NCBI GenBank assembly: GCA_036398155.1
Contig: DASWHO010000423.1
Location: 3,003-67,002, forward strand
DNA length: 64,000 bases
From: Acidobacteriota bacterium
Lineage (GTDB): Bacteria; Acidobacteriota; DASWHO01
Reading direction: 5' to 3'
Positions within the stretch are counted from its first letter, which is position 1. Each line of letters opens with the position of its first letter. The notes below the pieces were generated by a model. The model made no database searches. It saw nothing but the letters and a program-made list of their open reading frames with translations, and had not been told where the DNA came from. Of the stretch, positions 50,390-59,390 are shown piece after piece. The position numbers and the translations under genes are program-made.

Positions 50390-50785
50390 CTACTTGATCT
50401 CGATCTGGGCGCCGGCGGCCTCGAACTTCTTCTTGAGCTCTTCGGCTTCGGCCTTGGACAGGCCTTCCTTGACCGTCTTGGGCACACCGTCGACCAGATC
50501 CTTGGCTTCCTTGAGCCCCAGGCTGGTAACCTCGCGAACGATCTTGATCACGTTGATCTTGTTGGCGCCGTGGTTGGTGAGCACCACGGTGAACTCGGTC
50601 TTCTCCTCGGCCGCCGCCGGGGCCGCCGCCGCCGCGCCGCCGGCCGCCGCCATCGGCATGGCCGCCATCGCGGTGACTCCGAATTTCTCCTCGATCGCTT
50701 TGACCAGGGTGTTGAGCTCCAAAACCGTCATCGATTCGATCGCACCCAGAATCTCCTCGGTGCTCAATTTGGTGCTGCTGGGCAT
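50390..50785 (-). CDS. rplL: 50S ribosomal protein L7/L12
   Basis: '[28 protein letters not shown]', Ala-rich hinge, '[28 protein letters not shown]'. Confidence 0.9.
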   Translation of the reverse strand: MPSSTKLSTEEILGAIESMTVLELNTLVKAIEEKFGVTAMAAMPMAAAGGAAAAAPAAAEEKTEFTVVLTNHGANKINVIKIVREVTSLGLKEAKDLVDGVPKTVKEGLSKAEAEELKKKFEAAGAQIEIK

Positions 50786-50881
50786 GACTTCGATGCTCCT
50801 TTCTGCTGCTCGCAGGTTTCGTCGTTTGCGTCTCTCGTGCTAGCGGGACGGCGCTGAGCGGCGCCCGCTTCGATCCATCGT

Positions 50882-51397
50882 TCAACCGTTTTTCTTGGCT
50901 AGCTGATCCAGCGACCCGGCCAGGGAGCGCAGCGGGGCGCGCAAGGCGGTCACCAAGCGCACCAGCGGGGTCTGCAGCACCGTGGCCAGCAGGCCGATCA
51001 GCTCCGGCTTGCTGGGCAGGCTCGCGAAGGCCGCCAAATCGGCCAAGCTCACTACGCGCCCTTCCACCATGCCGGCCTTGAACTCGAACTGGGGGTGCTG
51101 CTTGGCGGCGGCCTGGAGCGCCTTGAGCAGCGCGATCGGGTTGTCGCGGCTGTAGGCGATCGCGGTCGGACCGCTGAGCTGATCCCTCAGGGATTCGAGC
51201 GCGGTGCCTTCGACCGCCCGCGCCGCCAGCCGGTTCTGCACCACTTCGTAATGTCCGTTGACCTCCCGCACCGAACGCCGGATCTTGGACACCGCATCGA
51301 CGTTGAGCCCGCGGAAGTCGAGCAAAACCATGTTGTCGAGCGCTGCGAACTCGGTGCGCCAGCGCTCGATCTGGTCGGATTTCTCTTGCTTGGTCAT
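50882..51397 (-). CDS. rplJ: 50S ribosomal protein L10
   Basis: 'MTKQEKSDQIERWRTEFAALDNMVLLDFRGLNVDAVSKIRRSVRE'. Confidence 0.9.
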   Translation of the reverse strand: MTKQEKSDQIERWRTEFAALDNMVLLDFRGLNVDAVSKIRRSVREVNGHYEVVQNRLAARAVEGTALESLRDQLSGPTAIAYSRDNPIALLKALQAAAKQHPQFEFKAGMVEGRVVSLADLAAFASLPSKPELIGLLATVLQTPLVRLVTALRAPLRSLAGSLDQLAKKNG

Positions 51398-51431
51398 CTC
51401 AATCGATCCTCATCGGTCGCCGATTCGGTTT

Positions 51432-52127
51432 CTATTTGGCCTCGAGCGCCACCGGATCAAGCCGGATGCTGGGGCCCATGGTGGTCGACAGCGCCACCGA
51501 TCGAATGTAACGGCCCTTGGCCGAATCCGGTTTCTGCTTCTGCACGCTCTCCAGGATCGCGAGAAAGTTGTCGCGCAGCTGCTCTTCGCCGAACGAGCAG
51601 CGCCCGATCGAGACGTGCAGGTTGGCAGTCTTGTCGACCCGAAAATCGACCTTACCGGCGCGAATCTCGCGGATCGCCTTGGCCACGTCCGGAGTGACGG
51701 TTCCGGTCTTGGGATTGGGCATCAGACCGCGCGGGCCGAGCACCTTTCCGAGCTTGCCGACGTGCCGCATCATCTCCGGGGTCGCCACCACGGCGTCGAA
51801 ATCGAGATAGCCGCCGGCGATCTTCTCGACCAGATCCTCGGCCCCGACCACGTCGGCGCCGGCCGCCTCGGCCTCTTTGAGCTTTTCGCCGCTGGTGATC
51901 ACCGCCACCCGGACCTTCTTGCCGGTGCCGTGCGGCAGCACCACCGAGCCGCGCACCATTTGATCGGCGTGCTTCGGGTCGACCCCGAGCCGGAAGGCCA
52001 CGTCCACCGGCTCGTCGAATTTCGCGACCTTGACCTTGCGCAGCAGCGGAATCGCATCCTCGAGCCGGTAGAGTTTCTCTCCGATCAGCTTCTTGGCGTT
52101 GATGTATTTCTTGCCCCGTTTCGGCAT
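51432..52127 (-). CDS. rplA: 50S ribosomal protein L1
   Basis: '[41 protein letters not shown]'. Confidence 0.9.
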   Translation of the reverse strand: MPKRGKKYINAKKLIGEKLYRLEDAIPLLRKVKVAKFDEPVDVAFRLGVDPKHADQMVRGSVVLPHGTGKKVRVAVITSGEKLKEAEAAGADVVGAEDLVEKIAGGYLDFDAVVATPEMMRHVGKLGKVLGPRGLMPNPKTGTVTPDVAKAIREIRAGKVDFRVDKTANLHVSIGRCSFGEEQLRDNFLAILESVQKQKPDSAKGRYIRSVALSTTMGPSIRLDPVALEAK

Positions 52128-52130
52128 GGC

Positions 52131-52553
52131 TTAGCTCCTCACCTCGATGCCCATGCTCCGAGCCGTTCCTTCGACGATCTTGATCGCGGCCGGCAGGTCG
52201 AAACAGTTCAGATCCGCCAGCTTGGTCTTGGCGATGTCCTCGACCTGGGCGCGGGTCACCGATCCGACCTTGTCCTTGTTGGGGGTGCCGGAGCCCTTGG
52301 CGATTCCGGCGGCCAGCTTGAGCAGCACCGAAGCCGGCGGCGTCTTGGTAATGAAGGAATAGGAGCGGTCGGCGTAGACCGTGACCACCACCGGAATGAT
52401 CAAGCCCTCTTTACCCTGGGTCTTGGCGTTGAACTGCTTGCAAAAGTCCATGATGTTGATGCCGGCCTGACCCAACGCCGGCCCCACCGGCGGCGCCGGG
52501 GTCGCCTTGCCGCCTGGAATCTGCAGCTTGATCTGCGCGACTTCTTTTTTCAT
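52131..52553 (-). CDS. rplK: 50S ribosomal protein L11
   Basis: '[36 protein letters not shown]'. Confidence 0.9.
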   Translation of the reverse strand: MKKEVAQIKLQIPGGKATPAPPVGPALGQAGINIMDFCKQFNAKTQGKEGLIIPVVVTVYADRSYSFITKTPPASVLLKLAAGIAKGSGTPNKDKVGSVTRAQVEDIAKTKLADLNCFDLPAAIKIVEGTARSMGIEVRS

Positions 52554-52566
52554 TTTTGATAGCTCT

Positions 52567-53124
52567 CTAGAGTTTTTCGACTTGCAGGAAATCGAGCTCG
52601 ACCGGTGTGGCGCGGCCGAAGATCGTGACCATTACCTTGAGGGTGCTGCGGTCCTCGTTGGTCTCGTCGACTTCGCCCTGGAAGTTGGTGAACGGCCCGT
52701 CGATGATGCGCACCGCTTCGCCCTTGCCGAACTGGAACTTGGGCTTGGGTTTCTCGGCCGCAGCGGTCATCTGATCGATGATCTGATCGACCTCCTCGTC
52801 GGGTATCGGCGTCGGGCTCTTGCCCGAGCCGATGAAACCGGTCACCTTGGGCGTGTTGCGCACCACATGCCAGGCCTGATCGGTGCAGATCATCCGCACC
52901 AGGATGTAGCCCGGATAGAACTTCTTGGGCGTGATCAGCTTCTTGCCGCCCTTCATCTCGATCACGTTCTCGATCGGGATCAACACCTCTTCGATCAGGT
53001 CGCCGAGACCCATCGACTGCACCCGCTGTTCCAGGCTCTCCTTGACCTTGCGCTCGAAGCCCGAGTAGGTGTGCACCACGTACCACTGCTTCTGCAGCTT
53101 CTCCATGACCCCGGTCTCGCTCAT
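52567..53124 (-). CDS. nusG: Transcription termination/antitermination factor NusG
   Basis: '[23 protein letters not shown]' NGN domain plus C-terminal KOW '[23 protein letters not shown]'. Confidence 0.9.
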   Translation of the reverse strand: MSETGVMEKLQKQWYVVHTYSGFERKVKESLEQRVQSMGLGDLIEEVLIPIENVIEMKGGKKLITPKKFYPGYILVRMICTDQAWHVVRNTPKVTGFIGSGKSPTPIPDEEVDQIIDQMTAAAEKPKPKFQFGKGEAVRIIDGPFTNFQGEVDETNEDRSTLKVMVTIFGRATPVELDFLQVEKL

Positions 53125-53324
53125 GCGAAATACGCGAACACCGCTTTGACCAAGCGGTTGAGTCCGAGATCGAGGATGTAGAGATAGAGCCCGAACACGA
53201 TCACGGTGACGATGACCACCAGCGTGGTTCCGTAGACCTCGCGTTTGGCCGGCCAGGTGACCTTCTTGAGCTCGAGCACGACCTCGTTCAGAAAGTTCCT
53301 GCTGTTGGATATCCAGTTCTTCAT
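53121..53324 (-). CDS. secE: Preprotein translocase subunit SecE
   Basis: 67 aa, single C-terminal TM (LVVIVTVIVFGLYLYILD). Position is tRNA-Trp-secE-nusG. Confidence 0.8.
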   Translation of the reverse strand: MKNWISNSRNFLNEVVLELKKVTWPAKREVYGTTLVVIVTVIVFGLYLYILDLGLNRLVKAVFAYFA

Positions 53325-53359
53325 GGTTCTTTAGCGACCCTCGGGGCTGAGCGGCGCGT

Positions 53360-53435
53360 TGGCAGGCCAGGAGGGGATCGAACCCCCAACCCCCGGTTTT
53401 GGAGACCGGTGCTCTGCCAATTGAGCTACTGGCCT
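53360..53435 (-). tRNA. tRNA-Trp (anticodon CCA), CCA encoded
   Basis: Acceptor AGGCCAG/CTGGCCT, anticodon stem-loop CCGGT-CTCCAAA-ACCGG. Confidence 0.85.
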
Positions 53436-53518
53436 GCAGCGACCTCGCATGCCTTCCCCGAGCTGCCTCCGAGCGTTTGCGTTCATCGTCCTGCGACCGA
53501 CGGCAGCGCGCCGCCGCC

Positions 53519-53669
53519 TTATTTGGTCTCCTTGTGCAGCGTATGGGAGCGACACCAGCGGCAGAACTTCTTGAGCTGCATCTTCTCGGGCTTGGTGCGC
53601 TTGTTGCGGGTGGTGGTGTAGTTGCGCCGTTTGCAGTCCGAGCATGCCAAGGTAACGATGTCTCGCATC
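53519..53669 (-). CDS. rpmG: 50S ribosomal protein L33 (zinc-ribbon type, 49 aa)
   Basis: Manual translation '[49 protein letters not shown]'. It is not in the >=60-aa ORF track. The overlapping 104-aa track ORF is spurious. Confidence 0.8.
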
Positions 53670-53755
53670 ACCTACTCCTCAGTAAACCGAAGCGCCTGCC
53701 GCGACGCCAGGCGAACTCGCTTCCTTCCGCTATCGTCTCGTCGATTGGCCGAAAA

Positions 53756-53830
53756 TGGAGCCCACGACCGGGATTGAACCGGTGACCCCCTCCTTACCAA
53801 GGAGGTGCTCTACCACTGAGCCACGTGGGC
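53756..53830 (-). tRNA. tRNA-Thr (anticodon GGT), CCA encoded
   Basis: Acceptor GCCCACG/CGTGGGC, anticodon loop TTGGTAA, T-loop TTCAATC. Confidence 0.8.
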
Positions 53831-53853
53831 TCGAAGGCGACGGATTCAGATTC

Positions 53854-53930
53854 TGGAGCGGGAAACGGGATTCGAACCCGCGACATTCAGCTTGGAAGGC
53901 TGACGCTCTAGCCAGCTGAGCTATTCCCGC
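53854..53930 (-). tRNA. tRNA-Gly (anticodon TCC), CCA encoded
   Basis: Acceptor GCGGGAA/TTCCCGC, anticodon stem TCAGC/GCTGA, loop CTTCCAA. Confidence 0.8.
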
Positions 53931-53989
53931 CCACCACGGAGCTGGATCTGCGCTCGACCTGCGGCCGGCACTGCTCATCGCTCTCTCGC

Positions 53990-54077
53990 TGGTGGAGAGG
54001 GTAGGATTCGAACCTACGTAGACCCGAAGGTCGCTGGGTTTACAGCCCAGTGCCATTGGCCGCTCGACCACCTCTCC
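53990..54077 (-). tRNA. tRNA-Tyr (anticodon GTA), long variable arm, CCA encoded
   Basis: Acceptor GGAGAGG/CCTCTCC, anticodon stem CTGGG/CCCAG, loop CTGTAAA. Confidence 0.8.
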
Positions 54078-54217
54078 ACGCATTGTGCTCAAGTTTTCGC
54101 CCGAGTCCCGCCTAAGCCGGCCCATGAGGGAGCTTGCTGCTCGACAACTTCAAAGAGGTTTCAGCGCTCTCTCGAGCCTCGCCGCGACCGGTCCTGGGAG
54201 CATCCATCCAGGAGCCT

Positions 54218-54293
54218 TGGAGCCGATGAGAGGACTTGAACCTCCAACCCACGGATTACAAATCCGTTGCTCTACCTGTTGAGCTACATCGGC
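54218..54293 (-). tRNA. tRNA-Thr (anticodon TGT), CCA encoded
   Basis: Acceptor GCCGATG/CATCGGC, anticodon stem ACGGA/TCCGT, loop TTTGTAA. Confidence 0.8.
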
Positions 54294-54404
54294 GCCATCC
54301 AATCGCAGCCATCCGATCCAGCTCCGCGACCGCCTTGAGCGGCCTCAAAACCGCGTGATCCGGCCTTGGGGCACACTTTCCCAACAGGGGGCGGCAAAAC
54401 CGCT

Positions 54405-54433
54405 AGTGTAGCAAAGCATTCTTCTCTTGGCAA
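54405..54433 (-). promoter_or_regulatory. Putative sigma70 promoter (TTGCCA-17-TACACT) for the tRNA-Thr/Tyr/Gly/Thr-rpmG operon; -35 lies inside the palindrome CTCTTGGCAAGAG
   Basis: Hexamers read on the minus strand, about 110 nt upstream of the first tRNA. Confidence 0.45.
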
Positions 54434-54550
54434 GAGGTTCCTTGCAATTCTGTCGCCAGCCCTCCGGTGCACTTCCTCAAGGCCTTCGCCCAGGTTTGGG
54501 GAGATTCGCCAAAAACCCGGCAACTTCATGCACCGCCGAGTCTTTTGGGG

Positions 54551-55276
54551 CTATTCGGTGGCCTCGAAGCTCTCCAGCTCGACTGGGACCACGTCCCCCA
54601 CGATCTGAAACAGAAAGTCGGGGCTGGTCCCGCCGCCAACGCCGCAGCTAGTCTGCGGCGCGAAGCTCGTGCACCCGCTGGCGAAGCCGTCCCCAGGGTT
54701 GCGCCAGACGCTCTCGCTGCCGCTCTGCACCGTGCGGTTGCCCCAGAAGTGCTGGCCGTTGCCGCCCCCGAACGGCTGGTTGGTCTGGATGGCGACCCAG
54801 TGGGTACCCATGGGAAGGAGGCACGGCGCCGGCAGGATGATCGTAAAGGACCCGGCCGCCTCCAGCGGAATGACCCCGGCGTAGCTGCACTCCACGGTTC
54901 CGGGCAGGTCGGGATTGCCGCCCCCGGCCGCGTTGTCATAGAAGGTGACGTCCACCGACGTTGCCGTCCCCCCCGAGCTCTGAATACCAATCGTATTGAC
55001 CCCCACGACGCTCCAGGCCGTGTCGGTGACCACGAAGTCGTCCGCGCCTTCGCTGTCGTAACTGTCGAGAGCCGCCTCGAAATCCTGATCGGGAGCGCCG
55101 TTGCCACTGGCGCTGTTGAACTGATCGTAGAGAATGACCCCTGGACCCGACGGAGGCACGCCGGAAACTGCGCCCGCGCCGGCTTCCTTACGGAGAGGGC
55201 TGCGAACTTCGCTCGCCGCCTTGGCGATCGCCATGGCGGCGCAAACTGCGAGCAGAACGCCGAACCCCCTCTTCAT
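54551..55276 (-). CDS. Secreted hypothetical protein (signal peptide; Gly/Ser-rich, acidic C-terminus)
   Basis: Start MKRGFGVLLAVCAAMAIAKAASE (signal peptide). No recognisable catalytic motifs. A strong promoter lies upstream. Confidence 0.55.
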   Translation of the reverse strand: MKRGFGVLLAVCAAMAIAKAASEVRSPLRKEAGAGAVSGVPPSGPGVILYDQFNSASGNGAPDQDFEAALDSYDSEGADDFVVTDTAWSVVGVNTIGIQSSGGTATSVDVTFYDNAAGGGNPDLPGTVECSYAGVIPLEAAGSFTIILPAPCLLPMGTHWVAIQTNQPFGGGNGQHFWGNRTVQSGSESVWRNPGDGFASGCTSFAPQTSCGVGGGTSPDFLFQIVGDVVPVELESFEATE

Positions 55277-55341
55277 CCCGATCCTCCTGACTGAGCCGAT
55301 GCGCATTCGTATCTTGGAGTTTTCGATGCGCAAGCTTGCGT

Positions 55342-55369
55342 ATTATACACCGCCGTGTTTGCTATTCAA
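55342..55369 (-). promoter_or_regulatory. Near-consensus sigma70 promoter (TTGAAT-16-TATAAT) in a local AT-rich island, followed by the perfect 12-bp palindrome CGCAAGCTTGCG (55329-55340) around +1
   Basis: Read directly. It drives the secreted hypothetical gene. Confidence 0.5.
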
Positions 55370-55381
55370 TCTCTCCATGGA

Positions 55382-57403
55382 TCATTCCACCGCGCGGCGT
55401 AGACGCTCCAAGTTATGCAGAAACAACGGGTTATCGGGTTCCAGCTCGATGGCGATCTCGAGCGCCTCGATGGCCCTTCGTGGATCGCCCTGCAAGTAGG
55501 CCACGTTCGCGATCACCTGATAGACGGCGGCGGCACGCGGGGCGAGCTCACGGGCCCGACCCAGGTCAGCCTCGGCCGCCTGGTAATCTCCGCGCCGTAC
55601 GAACTGCATCGCCAGTCCCAAGAGCCGGGCGGCCTCCCGCTCCGCTTCGGTCTGCGGCGGACGCTCGACTAATGGAACCCCGAGACGTTCGAGCGCTTTC
55701 CGGGCCGGTTCGTAGCCACCATCGCACATCAAGGCGGTTCGATAGCTGGCGATGGCCTGTTCTCGGCGCCCCAGGCGCTCGCATGTGAGCCCGCGGTTGA
55801 AGTACGCAGCCGGAAACAGAGGGTCCGCCTGGAGCGCAGCGTCGAAGTGGTGCAGTGCCTCTCGATTCCGGCCGGCGCCGGAAAGCGCGCTGGCGAGACC
55901 GGTTTCCAAGGCCGCATTGCCCGGCTGGGCCTTCAGCAGCTCCTCGAAGGCTCGGGCCGCCTCGTGGAAACGGCGTTCTCGAAGCAGCAGCATGGCCAGA
56001 TTGCGGTCGCTGGTGGTCGACTGTACCGATCCGAGGTAGCCCAGGCTGCGCAGCTTGGCGAGCATCGCTTCATCGGAGGCAGCGCGCGCCGGACCGGCGG
56101 GCGCCTTGGTTCGATTCGGGCCCAGCCGATAGCTCGTGATCGGCTCAGGAAAATCGCTTTCGACCAAGGCCTCTCGCAGGGGCCGGCCGGGCATGTCTTC
56201 GGCCCAGGCCAGCCCTGCGAGCGCGAGTACGGTCGGGGTGATGTCCAACGCGTGGGGCCGGCGCAACGCCGCTCCTTTCTTGACCCCGGCTCCATAGAGG
56301 TAGAGGATGCCGCGGTCGCGATGATAGCGATCGCTGACCCGGCGCAGGTCCCGGGTCGTGCTCGGATCCGCCGGCAGCTCGCCGAGCATGAAGCCGTGGT
56401 CCGAGAGCACGATCAAGGTCGTGCTCCGGTCCAGCTCGCTCAAGAAAGCTCCGACGATCGAATCGGCGTAGGCGTACACGGCTTCCACGGCCTGACCGAA
56501 ACGCCGCTGCTGCTCGGCCAGCTCGCCTTTCAATCCGCGGTGCCGGTAGAGGTGTCCGAACAAGTGGGAGGTGGAGTCCACCGCTTCGATGTAGACCAGC
56601 AGCAGGTCGGGTGAATGGATGCGCCAGAGATGGAGGCCGATGTCACGATAGCTTTGGGCGGCGGCCAGCGCCCAGCGCAGATGGCTGAGGTCGTCGCCGA
56701 AGTCGAACGGGCGGGCCAAATCCGCTGGGTCCACTCGAACGAACGGTGCGAGCTCGCGCGACCCCACATCGGAAAAACGCTTGACCCGAGCCAGCACGTC
56801 GGGCGTCAACCCGGCCGGATAGATGGTGCCGGGCTCCGGCGCGCCCGGATCCGCCCCCTGCCGGTTGAGCAGGTGATAACAGGTTCGATCGCTGATCACC
56901 TGCCCGCGCACCGGCTCCGCCGGCCAGGTCGCCCACCAACCGACCACCGCAACCGAGCGGCCGGCGTCGGAGAAGATGTTCCACAGGGCTGGAACCCGGC
57001 GCATCGTACTGGTGACCGGGATGGCCTCCCCATCCTCCGCTAGAACCGCGGTGAAATGCCCGATGCCGTGCTCCAGCGGCTGCTTGCCGGTGGCGATCGT
57101 GGTCCAGATCACTGGACTGAGCAGCGGCGGATCCACCTCCAGCATTCCGACCGCGCCTTCACGCCGGAGCCGCAGGAAGTTCGGCAGCTTGCCTTCCGAA
57201 GCGAGTCGGTCGACCACCTGCGGATCGACGCCGTCCATTCCCAGAACCATGATCCGCTGCCGATCGGGCGTGTGAGCCAACCAGGCGAGCGCACCAGCCA
57301 CCAGAGCCAGAACCGCGATCGCGAGACTCCATCGGCCGGATTTGCTGCCCACCAGCGAGCTGGCCCGGTGCACCGATTTCCGCAGCAAAATCACGCGGGA
57401 CAC
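55382..57403 (-). CDS. Membrane-anchored alkaline-phosphatase-superfamily (type I phosphodiesterase/nucleotide pyrophosphatase-like) protein with C-terminal TPR repeats
   Basis: 'MVLGMDGVDPQVVDRL..LLSPVIWTTIATG' AlkP-core motif. N-terminal TM helix. C-terminal TPR repeats. A probable GTG start overlaps the rlmB-like stop (TAGTG). The track ORF start (57514) overlaps rlmB by 110 nt. Confidence 0.6.
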   Translation of the reverse strand: MSRVILLRKSVHRASSLVGSKSGRWSLAIAVLALVAGALAWLAHTPDRQRIMVLGMDGVDPQVVDRLASEGKLPNFLRLRREGAVGMLEVDPPLLSPVIWTTIATGKQPLEHGIGHFTAVLAEDGEAIPVTSTMRRVPALWNIFSDAGRSVAVVGWWATWPAEPVRGQVISDRTCYHLLNRQGADPGAPEPGTIYPAGLTPDVLARVKRFSDVGSRELAPFVRVDPADLARPFDFGDDLSHLRWALAAAQSYRDIGLHLWRIHSPDLLLVYIEAVDSTSHLFGHLYRHRGLKGELAEQQRRFGQAVEAVYAYADSIVGAFLSELDRSTTLIVLSDHGFMLGELPADPSTTRDLRRVSDRYHRDRGILYLYGAGVKKGAALRRPHALDITPTVLALAGLAWAEDMPGRPLREALVESDFPEPITSYRLGPNRTKAPAGPARAASDEAMLAKLRSLGYLGSVQSTTSDRNLAMLLLRERRFHEAARAFEELLKAQPGNAALETGLASALSGAGRNREALHHFDAALQADPLFPAAYFNRGLTCERLGRREQAIASYRTALMCDGGYEPARKALERLGVPLVERPPQTEAEREAARLLGLAMQFVRRGDYQAAEADLGRARELAPRAAAVYQVIANVAYLQGDPRRAIEALEIAIELEPDNPLFLHNLERLRRAVE

Positions 57404-58185
57404 TAGAATTGCGTCCTTTGACGCACGGCCTCGTACAACAGGATGCCGGCCGCGACCGAGACGTTCAGTGAGCCGATCTGCCCCCGCACCGGCAGTCGCA
57501 GCAGCGCGTCGCACTCCGCCCGCAGCGATCCGCCCAGGCCCTTGCCTTCGGCACCGAGCGCCAACGCGATCTGGCCGCGCCAGTCGACCTCCCAGAGGGT
57601 CTGGGAGCCGTTCGGATCGGCTCCGAAGAGCCGAAATCCCCGCTCCTTAAGCTCGCGGCCCAGGCCCCCCGGGCTGGCGCAGCGGGCCACCGGCACCACG
57701 CTGCTGGCCCCCGCGGACACTTTGGCCACGGTCGGGCCCAGGCCGGCGGCGCGATGCAGCGGCAGAATTACCCCGTCGACGCCGGCGCACTCCGCGCTAC
57801 GCAGGATCGCGCCGAGATTGTGGGGATCCTCCACCCCGGCCAGGATCAGCAGCAGCGCTTGCGAACCGCAGCGCTGCAGCAGCTCTTCGAGCTCGACGTA
57901 GCCGCCTGCCGACACCACCGCGACCAGACCCTGATGGCGCCCGCCGCCCGCCAGCCGATCCAGCTCCTGATGCGGAACCGCCACCACCGGGACCGCGGCG
58001 CCGCGGGCCAGGCGGCGCAGCTCCGCGATCGCTCGACCCCCGCCGTGGGGCGCCAGCAGCAGCTTCTGGATCCGCTGCGGGGCGGCGCGCAGCACCTCGA
58101 GCACCGGATGGATCCCATAAATCACTTCGGGCGCTTGATGCTGGCGTGGAGCCACAGCGCGGCCTCGTGGGTGCGCAGCGCTCAT
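57403..58185 (-). CDS. TrmH/SpoU-family RNA 2'-O-methyltransferase (RlmB-like)
   Basis: 'LLILAGVEDPHNLGAILRSAECAGVDGVILP' and 'LALGAEGKGLGGSLRAECDALLRLPVRGQIGSLNVSVAAGILLYE' SPOUT motifs. Start MSAAHP overlaps the ispF stop. Confidence 0.75.
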   Translation of the reverse strand: MSAAHPRGRAVAPRQHQAPEVIYGIHPVLEVLRAAPQRIQKLLLAPHGGGRAIAELRRLARGAAVPVVAVPHQELDRLAGGGRHQGLVAVVSAGGYVELEELLQRCGSQALLLILAGVEDPHNLGAILRSAECAGVDGVILPLHRAAGLGPTVAKVSAGASSVVPVARCASPGGLGRELKERGFRLFGADPNGSQTLWEVDWRGQIALALGAEGKGLGGSLRAECDALLRLPVRGQIGSLNVSVAAGILLYEAVRQRTQF

Positions 58186-58691
58186 GGCGCGGGCGACCTG
58201 CGGCTTGGGCCTTCTGGCGCAGCGCTGAGCAGGGCGATCGCGATCGCCCACATGCCCTCTCCGCGGCCCACGAAGCCCAGACCCTCTCCGGTGGTGGCTT
58301 TGATGCTGACTGCGGCCGCGGCCATGCCGAGCGCGCCGGCAACCCGGTCGCGCATGACCGGCACCCACTTGGCGATCCGCGGTCGCTCGGCGCTCAGAGT
58401 CGAGTCGATATGGGCGATGCGAAAGCCGGCGGCCGCCACCTTGCGCGCCACTTCCGCGAGCAGGGTCAGACTGCTGACCCCGCGCCAACGTTCATCGCGG
58501 TCGGGAAAGTGCTGCCCGATATCGCCGTCGCCCAGCGCTCCCAGCAGCGCGTCGGCGATGGCGTGGGACAGCACGTCGGCGTCGGAGTGGCCGGCCAGAC
58601 CCAGCTCAAAGGGGAGCTCCACGCCGCCCAGCACCAGCCGCCGGCCCGCCTCCAACCGGTGCACGTCATAGCCGATTCCGACTCGTTCCAT
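58182..58691 (-). CDS. ispF: 2-C-methyl-D-erythritol 2,4-cyclodiphosphate synthase
   Basis: 'RVGIGYDVHRLEAGRRLVLGGVELPFELGLAGHSDADVLSHAIADALLGA'. Confidence 0.9.
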   Translation of the reverse strand: MERVGIGYDVHRLEAGRRLVLGGVELPFELGLAGHSDADVLSHAIADALLGALGDGDIGQHFPDRDERWRGVSSLTLLAEVARKVAAAGFRIAHIDSTLSAERPRIAKWVPVMRDRVAGALGMAAAAVSIKATTGEGLGFVGRGEGMWAIAIALLSAAPEGPSRRSPAP

Positions 58692-58694
58692 GCC

Positions 58695-59390
58695 TCACCC
58701 GTTTCCCAGTCGGGCGCGCAGCAAGCGCCGCGCCAGCCGCAGATCCTCAGCCGTGGTGATCTTGAAGTTGCCCGCCTCCCCCACCACCAGCGCGGCCCGA
58801 ACCCCATGGCGCAACATCAAGCTGGTCTCGTCGGTGTAGGTTCGCTTCCCGGCGGCCGCCAGCGCCCGCCGCAGCGGCGCGAGCTTGAATCCCTGCGGCG
58901 TCTGCATCCGCCACAGCCGCTCGCGGAGCAGCGTCTGATCGCAGCGCTTGGAGCGCGCTCGAACCAGCGTATCGACCAGCGGCAACGCCGCGCTCGCCGC
59001 GCCGTGGCGCTGCGCCGCGCGCGCCACGCGCCGCACCAGAGCGGCCGATGCGAACGGACGGGCGGCGTCATGAATCAGCACATGGGTGGCGCCGAGCTTG
59101 ACCGCCGCGGCCACCCCAGCGGCGACCGAATCCTGGCGCCGCGCGCCGCCGGGAAGCACCGCGCGCAAGCGGCGCGCTCCCAGGCGCCGGCTCCAGGCGG
59201 CGAGCTCCGCGCGGGCCGCCCGCGGCGGCACCACCGCGATGACATCGAGTCCGGCGCGCTCCAGCGATCGGACTCCGTAGGCGATCAGCGGCTTTCGACC
59301 TAGGGTGACGAACGCCTTGGCCTTGCCGGCGTTCAATCGGCGCCCCCGTCCGGCCGCGACCAGGATGCCGACTGTCTTCGGGCTAGCCAT
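58695..59390 (-). CDS. ispD: 2-C-methyl-D-erythritol 4-phosphate cytidylyltransferase
   Basis: 'VGILVAAGRGRRLNAGKAKAFVTLGRKPLIAYGVRSL'. Confidence 0.85.
   Translation of the reverse strand: MASPKTVGILVAAGRGRRLNAGKAKAFVTLGRKPLIAYGVRSLERAGLDVIAVVPPRAARAELAAWSRRLGARRLRAVLPGGARRQDSVAAGVAAAVKLGATHVLIHDAARPFASAALVRRVARAAQRHGAASAALPLVDTLVRARSKRCDQTLLRERLWRMQTPQGFKLAPLRRALAAAGKRTYTDETSLMLRHGVRAALVVGEAGNFKITTAEDLRLARRLLRARLGNG

Noticed and set aside
53331-53645. 104-aa track ORF between tRNA-Trp and tRNA-Thr.
   Set aside because: It is a spurious frame. The same region in another frame encodes a textbook 49-aa zinc-ribbon L33 (rpmG) at 53519-53669, below the 60-aa ORF-track threshold.
54085-54282. 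65-aa ORF in the tRNA-Tyr / tRNA-Thr spacer on the plus strand.
   Set aside because: It overlaps tRNA genes on the opposite strand, has no start context and no similarity. The spacer is more likely a tRNA precursor processing region.
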